A stretch of 63,720 nt of DNA, filler included, from an uncultured bacterium (GTDB lineage Bacteria; CAZDME01; JAYEMH01): the NCBI GenBank assembly GCA_964506785.1. It is 4 parts of 4 records of this genome, joined end to end, with 100 filler letters (N's around TTAATTAATTAA, not from the genome) between each part and the next. Parts side by side here need not be neighbours in the genome. Positions count along the whole stretch, not along the records: positions 1 to 19,831 come from CAZDME010000023.1; 3 more parts are not named here. One strand, written 5' to 3'. The translations under genes and the position numbers were made by a program. Under the pieces are notes generated by a model. That model worked only from the letters and a program-made list of their open reading frames with translations. It did no database searches and was not told the origin of the DNA. Positions 8,399 through 16,254 of this stretch are shown here, one piece after another. How positions within the stretch are numbered: position 1 is the first letter of the stretch; each line of letters opens with the position of its first letter.

Positions 8399-8852
8399 CT
8401 TTTTTATCCGGACCAAGAGATTGCAAATCATAGTCTGAGTTATGTCCCCCCGGGGATTTATACAGATAGTCACTTACCCAGGGATCCTTGGGTATTGTTT
8501 TTTTAAGATATGGGCCTTGCCAATTGGGTGTCTCTTTTGGCTGGGTGCGCAGGGCGGCTAAACCTTCTTCTGTCGTCGGGAAACGGCCATTATGAAGTTC
8601 AAACATGTCCAGGGCTAAGGAGAATATTTCTAATTGGGACCTGGCTGCTTCAATACGGGCCTTTTTGGAAGTCCCGACAAAGCGAGGCAGAACAACCGAG
8701 GCTAAAATACCAATGATAATTATAACCAGCATCAATTCAATTAAGGTAAACCCCGTTGGAAGTCCGAACGAGAAACGGGGCATCTTGCTTTTCCTGGCAA
8801 AGGGGAACCGTATTTCTAACGGGGCAAAGCCGATTTTATTTCTATCGCTCAT
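8364..8852 (-). CDS. gspG: Major pseudopilin GspG
   Basis: G|FTLIELMLVIIIIGILA; ALDMFELHNGRFPTTEEGLAAL; WQGPYL; DPW; DDITNW. GGAGG Shine-Dalgarno upstream. Confidence 0.96.
   Translation of the reverse strand: MSDRNKIGFAPLEIRFPFARKSKMPRFSFGLPTGFTLIELMLVIIIIGILASVVLPRFVGTSKKARIEAARSQLEIFSLALDMFELHNGRFPTTEEGLAALRTQPKETPNWQGPYLKKTIPKDPWVSDYLYKSPGGHNSDYDLQSLGPDKKDGGGDDITNWD
8751..8831. repeat. Palindromic element in frame within the gspG leader
   Basis: CCCCGTTGGAAGT (8751-8763) pairs with ATTTCTAACGGGG (8812-8824), 11/13 matches. It lies between two GF(A/T) codon sets spaced 78 nt apart. Confidence 0.75.
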
Positions 8853-8910
8853 AAGATTTCCTCCTTCAGTTGTCAGTGGATTCTAATCAGGTTTTCTTTC
8901 TTCAAAAACC

Positions 8911-8972
8911 AAAAGACAGAAGTCAGAAGATAGAAGTTAGAAAAATCTATGTTCTTTTTTCTGCTATCTATC
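8911..8972. repeat. Degenerate heptamer tandem tract with a loosely complementary arm, gspF/gspG junction
   Basis: AAAAGAC AGAAGTC AGAAGAT AGAAGTT AGAAAAA followed by TCTATGTTCT...TCTGCTATCTATC. Confidence 0.75.
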
Positions 8973-8987
8973 CTTTTTAATCTGCAT

Positions 8988-10205
8988 TTACCCAAGGGCT
9001 CCAGTGATTTGAAAAATTGGAAGAAGCATTGCCAAAACAATAAAACCAACGATAATTCCCATGAATAAAATGATAGCTGGTTCAAGGAGACTCGTTGTAG
9101 TTTTTAAGTTGTTTTCCAGTTCTCTCTCATAACTGGAAGCAATTTGATGGAGACTCTTCTCTAAATTTCCGCTTTCCTCACCTACGGCAATTATATTAGA
9201 AACTATCGGCGGGAAAAGCTTGCTTTGCCTTAACGGGGAAGCTAATCCTTGTCCGTCTCTAACTTTTTCTTTAATTTTGTCAAGTTTCCGGGAGACAACT
9301 TCATTGGCAACAGTTTCTTTCGAAAGTTCCAGAGACCTGAGGATGGGAACTCCATTGGAAATTAAATTGCCGACAGTAAGAGCAAAGCGGGAGATAATCA
9401 GGCTCTGAAAAATTTTCCCAGCCACCGGCAGGTTTAATTTTAAGCGGTCGAGTCGTAATCTTCCTTCAGCGGTATGGCTGTATTGACGAAAGGCGACGAT
9501 AGAGACAAAAATGACCGCTAAGGTAATAATGCCGCCCCAGCCATGGAAAAATTGAGAGACAGCAATTAAAACCTGGGTGGGAAGGGGAAGAGTTTGGCCT
9601 AAGTCTTCAAACATTATAACAAACTTAGGAATTACTGCCGTTAGAAGAAAAATAATTGTTGCCAGGGCAACTAACAGCATCGCCAGAGGATAAGCCATAA
9701 TCGAATGCAGTCGGGAGGTTAATTCCCTCTGTTTTTCCAGTAAGTTAGAAATATGAGTGAGGATTTTTTCTAAATCACCGCCGGCTTCTCCAGTTTTTAC
9801 CAAGCTTATATATAAAGGCGGAAAAAGCCTGGAGTATTTAGCTAAGCTTTGCGATAAAGGCTGGCCGTCTTGAACCTGATTTTGTATATCTTTAATAACT
9901 TCCCTGAATTTCAGATTAGTGGTTTGCTCTATCAAAACAGAAAAGGCCTGGGTTAAAGAGGTGCCGGCCCGGAGTAAATCCGAAAGCTGTCTGGTAAAAA
10001 CGACTAAATCCCGCCTGCTTATCTTTTTAATAATTATTTGAGCGGGACGATTTTTTCTGGAGGCCTGGATTATTTCTTCGATTTTTATGGGATAGAGCGC
10101 CTGCCGGCGAAGTTGCTCAATAAGAACTTTTTTGCTTTCGGCTTCAATGATTTCCGAAACTAATTGTCCCGATTTAGTTTTAGCCCGATAAGAGAAAGTC
10201 GGCAT
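8988..10205 (-). CDS. gspF: T2SS inner-membrane platform protein GspF
   Basis: MPTFSYRA; FTRQLSDLL; GEAGGDLE; GEESGNLE; LLEPAIILFMG...AMLLPIF. Confidence 0.95.
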   Translation of the reverse strand: MPTFSYRAKTKSGQLVSEIIEAESKKVLIEQLRRQALYPIKIEEIIQASRKNRPAQIIIKKISRRDLVVFTRQLSDLLRAGTSLTQAFSVLIEQTTNLKFREVIKDIQNQVQDGQPLSQSLAKYSRLFPPLYISLVKTGEAGGDLEKILTHISNLLEKQRELTSRLHSIMAYPLAMLLVALATIIFLLTAVIPKFVIMFEDLGQTLPLPTQVLIAVSQFFHGWGGIITLAVIFVSIVAFRQYSHTAEGRLRLDRLKLNLPVAGKIFQSLIISRFALTVGNLISNGVPILRSLELSKETVANEVVSRKLDKIKEKVRDGQGLASPLRQSKLFPPIVSNIIAVGEESGNLEKSLHQIASSYERELENNLKTTTSLLEPAIILFMGIIVGFIVLAMLLPIFQITGALG

Positions 10206-11728
10206 TATTTGTTTATTTCCTCTACATGGGTTACCCGAAGTACTTCCTCAATCGAAGTCAATCCCTGATGGACTTTTTCCCAGCCGTCATCTCTGAGGGT
10301 TCTCATCCCTGAGGCGATTGCTTGCTGTTTAATGCGGCTGGTAGCAGTTTTCTCTAAAATAAGATTTTTTGTCTGTTCGGTGATTATAAGCAGTTCATAA
10401 ATAGCCGTTCTTCCTTTGTAACCGGTGTGCCGGCAGTCCTCGCAGCCCCTCCCGCGCCAAAATTTTTCTTTTCGCCATTTTACGGGATAATTAATTGCCG
10501 CCAGGAAATCTTCTCTTACCTTGTAGATTTCTTTGCACTTTGGACAGATAAGCCGCACCAAACGCTGGGCAATGACTGTTTTAAGGGATGAGGAAACCAG
10601 ATAGGGTTCAATGCCCATGTCAATCAATCGGGTAATCGCTCCCGGAGCATCGTTGGTGTGCAGGGTGCTAAAAACCAGATGGCCGGTTAAGGATGCCCGA
10701 ATAGCAATTCGGGCTGTGTCTAAATCGCGGATTTCTCCTATCATAATGACATCGGGATCCTGGCGAAGTATCGAACGCAGACCGTTAGCAAAAGTCAAGT
10801 CAATTTTTGGTTTAACTTGAATCTGATTGACTCCTTTGAGTTGATACTCAATTGGGTCTTCAATGGTAATAATCTTTTTATCTGAAGAATTAATTTTGCT
10901 GAGGCAGGCATAGAGAGTGGTCGTTTTGCCGCAGCCGGTCGGGCCGGTTTCTAAAATAATTCCGTAAGGAGTGGTAATCAAAGAGGAGATAACATTTAAA
11001 TCACCTTGAGATAATCCCAACTCTTCTAAATCCAGCATGAGGTGGCTGCTGGGAAGAAGGCGTAAATCAACACTTTCGCCAAAAAGAGTAGGGACAATGG
11101 AAACGCGGATATCAATATCGGCATCGGCAATTTTTAAGCGGATACGTCCATCTTGAGGAAGTCTTTTCTCAGCAATATTTAAATCAGCCATAATTTTAAT
11201 CCGGGAAATAAGGGCGGCTTGAAATCGTTTAATCGCCGGTGGGGTAGAGGTTTCATGCAGTAGCCCGTCAATCCGGTATCTTACCTTAAGCTCATCTTCA
11301 AAAGGCTCAATGTGAATATCGGTAGCTCTATCGCGGTAAGCCTCAAGAATTATCTGATTGACAAATTGGATGATAGAGGCATCTCCGGCTAATTTTTCAA
11401 TATCTTTAATTTCCTCTTCTTTGACTTCTAAACGGGGGTCCGCTTCCTCAACCATTTTTTCCATGGTTTCTGCTCCAATGCCGTAAAATTGCCGGATGGC
11501 TTTGGTGATTTTATCCTCACCAGCGGCAATGATTTCTACTTCGCTGCCCAGGAGAAGGCGCAGGTCATCTAAAGCCTCTAAATCGCGGGGATTAGCCATG
11601 GCTACCACCAGGCGGTTATCAATAATTTTTACCGGGATAAGTTTGTACTGATAAGCAAACTTGGCAGGGATTTTTTCAATTGCCAGAGGGTCGATATCTC
11701 CCTGAGAAAATTTTTCTGAAGCGCCCAT
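10205..11728 (-). CDS. gspE: T2SS assembly ATPase GspE
   Basis: ATDIHIEP; EKRLPQDGR; Walker A GPTGCGKTT; TIEDPIE; LRQDPDVIMIGEIRD; Zn motif CPKC...GCEDC. Confidence 0.95.
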   Translation of the reverse strand: MGASEKFSQGDIDPLAIEKIPAKFAYQYKLIPVKIIDNRLVVAMANPRDLEALDDLRLLLGSEVEIIAAGEDKITKAIRQFYGIGAETMEKMVEEADPRLEVKEEEIKDIEKLAGDASIIQFVNQIILEAYRDRATDIHIEPFEDELKVRYRIDGLLHETSTPPAIKRFQAALISRIKIMADLNIAEKRLPQDGRIRLKIADADIDIRVSIVPTLFGESVDLRLLPSSHLMLDLEELGLSQGDLNVISSLITTPYGIILETGPTGCGKTTTLYACLSKINSSDKKIITIEDPIEYQLKGVNQIQVKPKIDLTFANGLRSILRQDPDVIMIGEIRDLDTARIAIRASLTGHLVFSTLHTNDAPGAITRLIDMGIEPYLVSSSLKTVIAQRLVRLICPKCKEIYKVREDFLAAINYPVKWRKEKFWRGRGCEDCRHTGYKGRTAIYELLIITEQTKNLILEKTATSRIKQQAIASGMRTLRDDGWEKVHQGLTSIEEVLRVTHVEEINK

Positions 11729-11764
11729 CTCAACTGCCTTCCCTTTCTTTAACGTATAGCCTAT

Positions 11765-11793
11765 AATTTACTATATGTCTCCATGGAAGTCAA
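11765..11793 (-). promoter_or_regulatory. Putative sigma70 promoter of the gsp operon
   Basis: Minus strand reads TTGACT-17 nt-TAAATT. Confidence 0.55.
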
Positions 11794-11812
11794 TAGGAAT
11801 AAGAAAAACACT

Positions 11813-11840
11813 CCAACCCTCATTACTGGGGGAGGGTTGG
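11813..11840. repeat. Inverted repeat between divergent promoters
   Basis: CCAACCCTC-10 nt-GAGGGTTGG, perfect 9-bp arms. Confidence 0.6.
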
Positions 11841-11860
11841 TTTGATTCGAATCTTCATTC

Positions 11861-11889
11861 TTGACCAAAAGCGGGACTCATGGTAAGTT
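11861..11889 (+). promoter_or_regulatory. Putative sigma70 promoter of the HprK-like/ABC cassette
   Basis: TTGACC-17 nt-TAAGTT with a TGn extended -10. Confidence 0.5.
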
Positions 11890-11926
11890 AAATGGAGAAT
11901 TTTGGTCCCCAACAGGGTAGTTTAAG

Positions 11927-12742
11927 ATGAAAAAAACAGTTAAATTAGATATTGCCAGGCTTATTTGTTCTTTGAATGGAGAAGGGGGGGAGGGGGTTTT
12001 AAACCAGATAGAACATTCCTATCGACATTTTGCGGTCTCTGGCGAAGGGAAGGGAGATATGTCTCTTAATTTCCAGGTTACCCCTTTTTTTGGCGAAGGA
12101 AAAAATCCAAAGATTTCTTTTGATTCTGAACGGAACTCTCTCCAAATGGAAACCGACAAATTTAATCTCTGGTTCAATTGCCAACTTAATGAAGGTAAAG
12201 CCGTAATTTCAAGCGATAACCCTCTTTTATCTTTAGGGACGATACTTCGCAATATCTATACCTGGCATCTGATGAATGGAGATGGCATTGTTTTTCATGC
12301 CAGCGGTTTAATAAAAGATGGTTCAGCCTATATTTTTATTGGCCCTTCAAAAAGCGGGAAAAGTACGGTGAGTAGACTGTCATCACATTTGACCCTTATT
12401 AACGATGATATAATTTTTTTAAGGGAGGGAAAAGACGGCTTCCGTATTTTTACTACCCCTCCCTGGAGCTGCCAGATAAAAGTCCTGGAGGCCAATATCT
12501 CTGTTCCTCTTCAGGCTCTGTTTCTTTTAAAAAAAGATAAAAGAAATTTTCTGGAAAAACTTTCTCACAAAGAAGCCCTTAGTCTGTTAATGACTTCTCC
12601 GTACTTACCTTTATCGACTGCCAATTTGGAAAGATTAATCAGCCGATTTCAAAGGCTTATAGCCCAAATCCCCACTTATAAATTACATTTCTTACCTCAG
12701 GTTTCATTTTGGCAGTGTATTAAAAATGAATTATCTCATTAA
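11927..12742 (+). CDS. HPr kinase-like P-loop protein (ScmC/lasso-cluster kinase-like)
   Basis: FHASGL..DGSAYIFIGPSKSGKST (His + Walker A); LINDD; TPPW; IPTYKLHF. Confidence 0.75.
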   Translation: MKKTVKLDIARLICSLNGEGGEGVLNQIEHSYRHFAVSGEGKGDMSLNFQVTPFFGEGKNPKISFDSERNSLQMETDKFNLWFNCQLNEGKAVISSDNPLLSLGTILRNIYTWHLMNGDGIVFHASGLIKDGSAYIFIGPSKSGKSTVSRLSSHLTLINDDIIFLREGKDGFRIFTTPPWSCQIKVLEANISVPLQALFLLKKDKRNFLEKLSHKEALSLLMTSPYLPLSTANLERLISRFQRLIAQIPTYKLHFLPQVSFWQCIKNELSH

Positions 12743-13526
12743 AACTTTTAACCTTACTAAAGAGTTCTTTCCGGCTAAAGGATTGCCTGAGTTTCTATTG
12801 CATCCTTTAAAACGTTCAAAGAAAATCTCGGCTCTTAATAGAATTAATCTTGAAATTCCAGAAGGAAAGATATTTTCCCTGCTCGGGCCCAATGGAGCAG
12901 GGAAAACCACTTTGATTAAAATTTTATGCGGCCTTATTTTACCTACCAGCGGCACTTCCGAAGTTTGCGGTTATGATGTTACAAAAGAAGGAACAGAGGT
13001 AAAGAACCTGGTCGGGCTGGTCACCGGTGAAGAACGCAGTTTCTATTGGCGCTTGACTGGGCGGGAAAATCTTCATTTCTTTGCGGCACTTCATGGATTT
13101 TCTTCTAAAAAGACCAATGAAAGAGTAAATTTTCTCTCCCAATTTCTTTCCCTTACGGATTTTTTGAATAAACGCTTTCAGGAATATTCAACAGGTATGA
13201 AACAGCGTTTAGCTATTGCCCGGAGCCTCCTTAATGACCCAAAGGTTTTATTTTTGGATGAACCGACTAAAAGCCTTGACCCGGAAAGTGCTGAAGAGCT
13301 GCGCCGCTTTATTTTAGAAAAATTGGTTAAAAAGGAAGGAAAGACAATTTTTTATACTACCCATCAGTTGAGTGAAGCAGAATTCTTTTCCGATTATATC
13401 GCCATTATGAAGAAAGGGCAAATTAAAATCTTCGGGAGTCTTACAGAGCTGCATCAAAAAAATCTTTTTAGCGGCGAGTTTACCTTAAAGAAATTTTATC
13501 ATGAAATTGTGAAGGAGGGAGTTTAG
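12726..13526 (+). CDS. ABC transporter ATP-binding protein (ABC-2 type)
   Basis: GPNGAGKTT; YSTGMKQR signature; LFLDEPT; H-loop TTH. Confidence 0.95.
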   Translation: MNYLIKTFNLTKEFFPAKGLPEFLLHPLKRSKKISALNRINLEIPEGKIFSLLGPNGAGKTTLIKILCGLILPTSGTSEVCGYDVTKEGTEVKNLVGLVTGEERSFYWRLTGRENLHFFAALHGFSSKKTNERVNFLSQFLSLTDFLNKRFQEYSTGMKQRLAIARSLLNDPKVLFLDEPTKSLDPESAEELRRFILEKLVKKEGKTIFYTTHQLSEAEFFSDYIAIMKKGQIKIFGSLTELHQKNLFSGEFTLKKFYHEIVKEGV

Positions 13527-14336
13527 TTGCCTTTCCGAAAAATGTGGGCTTTTATCAGGAAGGACTTTCTTCTTTTTTCAAGCTACCGCCTTTCTTTTAT
13601 TCTAAGCTGGACGAGCATTCTTTTAGAAATTTCAATTTTTTATTTTATCGCCAAGCTTTTTGGGAAAGAGGCAAGCTCTTATCTTCAAAATTACGGCGGG
13701 GAATATTTCCCTTTTGTCCTTATTGGGATTGCATTTTCAAGCTATTTTTATACTTCTCTGAGAAGTTTCTCCCGGGAACTTCGTCAAGAACAGATGATGG
13801 GGACTTTAGAAGCAATACTGGTTAGCCCGACTAGTATTCCTTTAATTATTATTTCTTTGAGCCTTTGGAATTTTTTGTATACTTCTATTTCGGTAATCGT
13901 TTATTTAGTTTTTGGTGTAGCCATATTCGGGCTTGATTTATCTTTGGCTAACTTTGGCCTGGGCTTAGTGATATTGTTTCTGTCGATACTATCTTTTAGC
14001 GCCCTGGGTATCATTTCTGCCAGTTTCATTTTAGTCTTTAAACGGGGCGATCCTATTACTTGGCTCTTAGGAACGGCTTCTGCTCTTATGGGCGGAGTTT
14101 ATTTCCCGATTGCCGTTCTCCCTCAAGGATTACAGGCTATATCCAGGTTTTTGCCGATTACCTATGCCCTGAGAGCAATGCGTCATGTTTTACTTCAAGG
14201 TTTTGCAACCAGGGATGTCTTTTTAGAAATAGCTGTTCTTCTCACTTTCTGTCTGTTCCTTTTTCCCGCGAGTATATTTATTTTTAGATATGCGGTGAAA
14301 AAAGCCAAGATAGATGGAAGCCTGGTGTATTATTAA
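13527..14336 (+). CDS. ABC-2 type permease
   Basis: Multiple TM helices; EQMMGTLEAILVSP; GVYFPIAVLP...LPITYA. TTG start directly after the ATPase stop. Confidence 0.92.
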   Translation: MPFRKMWAFIRKDFLLFSSYRLSFILSWTSILLEISIFYFIAKLFGKEASSYLQNYGGEYFPFVLIGIAFSSYFYTSLRSFSRELRQEQMMGTLEAILVSPTSIPLIIISLSLWNFLYTSISVIVYLVFGVAIFGLDLSLANFGLGLVILFLSILSFSALGIISASFILVFKRGDPITWLLGTASALMGGVYFPIAVLPQGLQAISRFLPITYALRAMRHVLLQGFATRDVFLEIAVLLTFCLFLFPASIFIFRYAVKKAKIDGSLVYY

Positions 14337-14354
14337 GCAGAAAAAAAAGAATTA

Positions 14355-15407
14355 ATGGAGAATAGTTTATCTTTAGAAGAAAAGCTGTTGTTGGCGGCAC
14401 TTAAAGGGAATGTGCCGGCTGTCCCTGAAAATATAAATTGGGCGGAGTTTTTAAAACTATCCAGAAAAGCCAGAGTTTCCCCTTTTGTCTACTATCAATG
14501 GAAAAAAGTTAATTTTCCTTTTTGCCCCCCGCCGGAAATTTTTGATGCTTTTGAAAAAGATTTCTACGAGACTTTTTCCCGCAATATTTTGATTCAGAAA
14601 CTTACTAAAAAAGTATTTAATCGAATAAAAAAAAATATTGAGATTATTCCTTTAAAAGGCGTTGTCTTTATGGAAAAGTTTTATCCACACTTAGGGACGA
14701 GACCGCTCAGCGATATAGATTTTTTGATTAAAAGCGATGATTATGAAAAATTAAAAAAAATATTAAATGATTCTCAGGGGAAATTACTTGTCAGAAAACC
14801 TTACGCGGCTGTTTTTACATTATCCAACCCAATAAAGATTAATTTTGACGTAGCCTGGAATTTTTTAGCTATTGAACGTTTTATAAAAACCTGCAACTGG
14901 TCTGATGAAGAGGTGTGGAGGAGAGCGAAAAAAACAGAGGTATGCGAAGAGAATATTCTTTTGTTGAGCCCGGAGGATACCCTGCTTCATCTGATTTACC
15001 ACCAGGCTTTTCAGCATTGTTTTAGGAACTTCTTGGGGTATCTGGATATTACCCGCTTAATTAATCAGACATCAATAGATTGGGAGTTTTTTCATAGAGT
15101 AATAATCAGGCTGGGTTTAGCTAGTGTGGCTAAAAAGGAGTTAAAATTCTGCAAAGATTACCTGGGTGCCAATGTCCCTTTAAAGGTAATCTCGAATTTA
15201 AAAGAAAATTTATGGAATCAAATCGTTTTTCGGGGATTTTCTGAATTGGCCCCAGAAAATTTGCATTTATCCTGTCCTGATTTGGTTGACTGGCTTCGCC
15301 AGCCATTTTTTTGGGATAGGTTTTCTCAAATTGGGAAGACTTTTTTTTATGCCCTTTTTCCCAGTAAAAATTGGATGAGGGCCAAATTACGGAAATTTAC
15401 GCCTTGA
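14355..15407 (+). CDS. Nucleotidyltransferase family protein (NTP_transf_5-like)
   Basis: IPLKG...YP...RPLSDIDFLI motif; LSPEDTLLHL..H; DI..LI...IDW. Confidence 0.85.
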   Translation: MENSLSLEEKLLLAALKGNVPAVPENINWAEFLKLSRKARVSPFVYYQWKKVNFPFCPPPEIFDAFEKDFYETFSRNILIQKLTKKVFNRIKKNIEIIPLKGVVFMEKFYPHLGTRPLSDIDFLIKSDDYEKLKKILNDSQGKLLVRKPYAAVFTLSNPIKINFDVAWNFLAIERFIKTCNWSDEEVWRRAKKTEVCEENILLLSPEDTLLHLIYHQAFQHCFRNFLGYLDITRLINQTSIDWEFFHRVIIRLGLASVAKKELKFCKDYLGANVPLKVISNLKENLWNQIVFRGFSELAPENLHLSCPDLVDWLRQPFFWDRFSQIGKTFFYALFPSKNWMRAKLRKFTP

Positions 15408-15573
15408 TTGAAAATTAAGGATAAAATTCTACTCGAGATATAGCCTGAGCTCTACCTTTGCGGCTATTTCTTTAATGAGTACTTAAATTTTGGTTGCTTT
15501 TTTATCAAGAATATATTAGTATTATTTCTAGGGCTATAGCACATTTACAGTCTATATAAAGGGAGAAAATGTT

Positions 15574-16254
15574 TTGAAAAAGAAAACAGTCATCGTTTTA
15601 GTTCCAATCTTATTTGTCCTATGTATTTCATTGGGATGCGGCGGTAAAAAAGGGGTAACTAGGATGAAAGGGACAGTTCCGTTTGTTTCTAGTCAACCTT
15701 ATACTTTAGGCCCTATGGATAAAGTTACGGTAAAGGTATGGCGGCAGTCCGATCTTTCCGATGATTATTCAGTCGATTTTCGAGGAATAATTAGATTCCC
15801 TCTAGTAGGCGAGGTGAGTTGTTTAGGCTTTACTACTTATGAATTGGCTGATTTATTAGAAGAGGAATTAATACGTTACATAAAAAATCCTCAGGTACGG
15901 GTTGAAGTTAAGGAATACAACAGCCACAGGGTGATTATTATGGGCGCCGTGGCTAAACAAGGGGTTTATTATGTAAAGAGCCGGTTGACTATTATGGAGG
16001 CTATTGCCGTGGCGGGTGGTTTTAAAAAAGGAGCAAAAACCACTCAGGTATTTATAGGCCGGGGAGAAATAGGCAATTTAGAGTTGCTTCAGGTAAATGT
16101 GAAAGACGTAATGACAAAAGGGAGGAAGGATAAAGATATACTGCTTCAAAACGGCGATATAGTTTTTATCCCTACTACTTTTGTAGCTAATGTCAATCAG
16201 GCTATCAAAGATGTGTCGGGGACTTTAGATGTCTATAACACTGTAGATGAATAA
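15574..16254 (+). CDS. wza: Polysaccharide export lipoprotein (Wza/OPX family)
   Basis: Lipobox SLGC; YTLGPMDKVTVKVW; GIIRFPLVGEV; YIKNPQV; SLBB repeat AIAVAGG; LQNGDIVFIP. Confidence 0.88.
   Translation: MKKKTVIVLVPILFVLCISLGCGGKKGVTRMKGTVPFVSSQPYTLGPMDKVTVKVWRQSDLSDDYSVDFRGIIRFPLVGEVSCLGFTTYELADLLEEELIRYIKNPQVRVEVKEYNSHRVIIMGAVAKQGVYYVKSRLTIMEAIAVAGGFKKGAKTTQVFIGRGEIGNLELLQVNVKDVMTKGRKDKDILLQNGDIVFIPTTFVANVNQAIKDVSGTLDVYNTVDE

Noticed and set aside
8399-8473. Longer N-termini given by the ORF track for gspH (also Mut7-C, thiL, wcaJ-like and the acyltransferase)
   Set aside because: They overlap upstream genes extensively; downstream starts fit family N-termini or stop/start coupling better.
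8873-9085. 70-aa ORF overlapping the end of gspF
   Set aside because: Alternate-frame ORF running through the repeat tract; no independent support.
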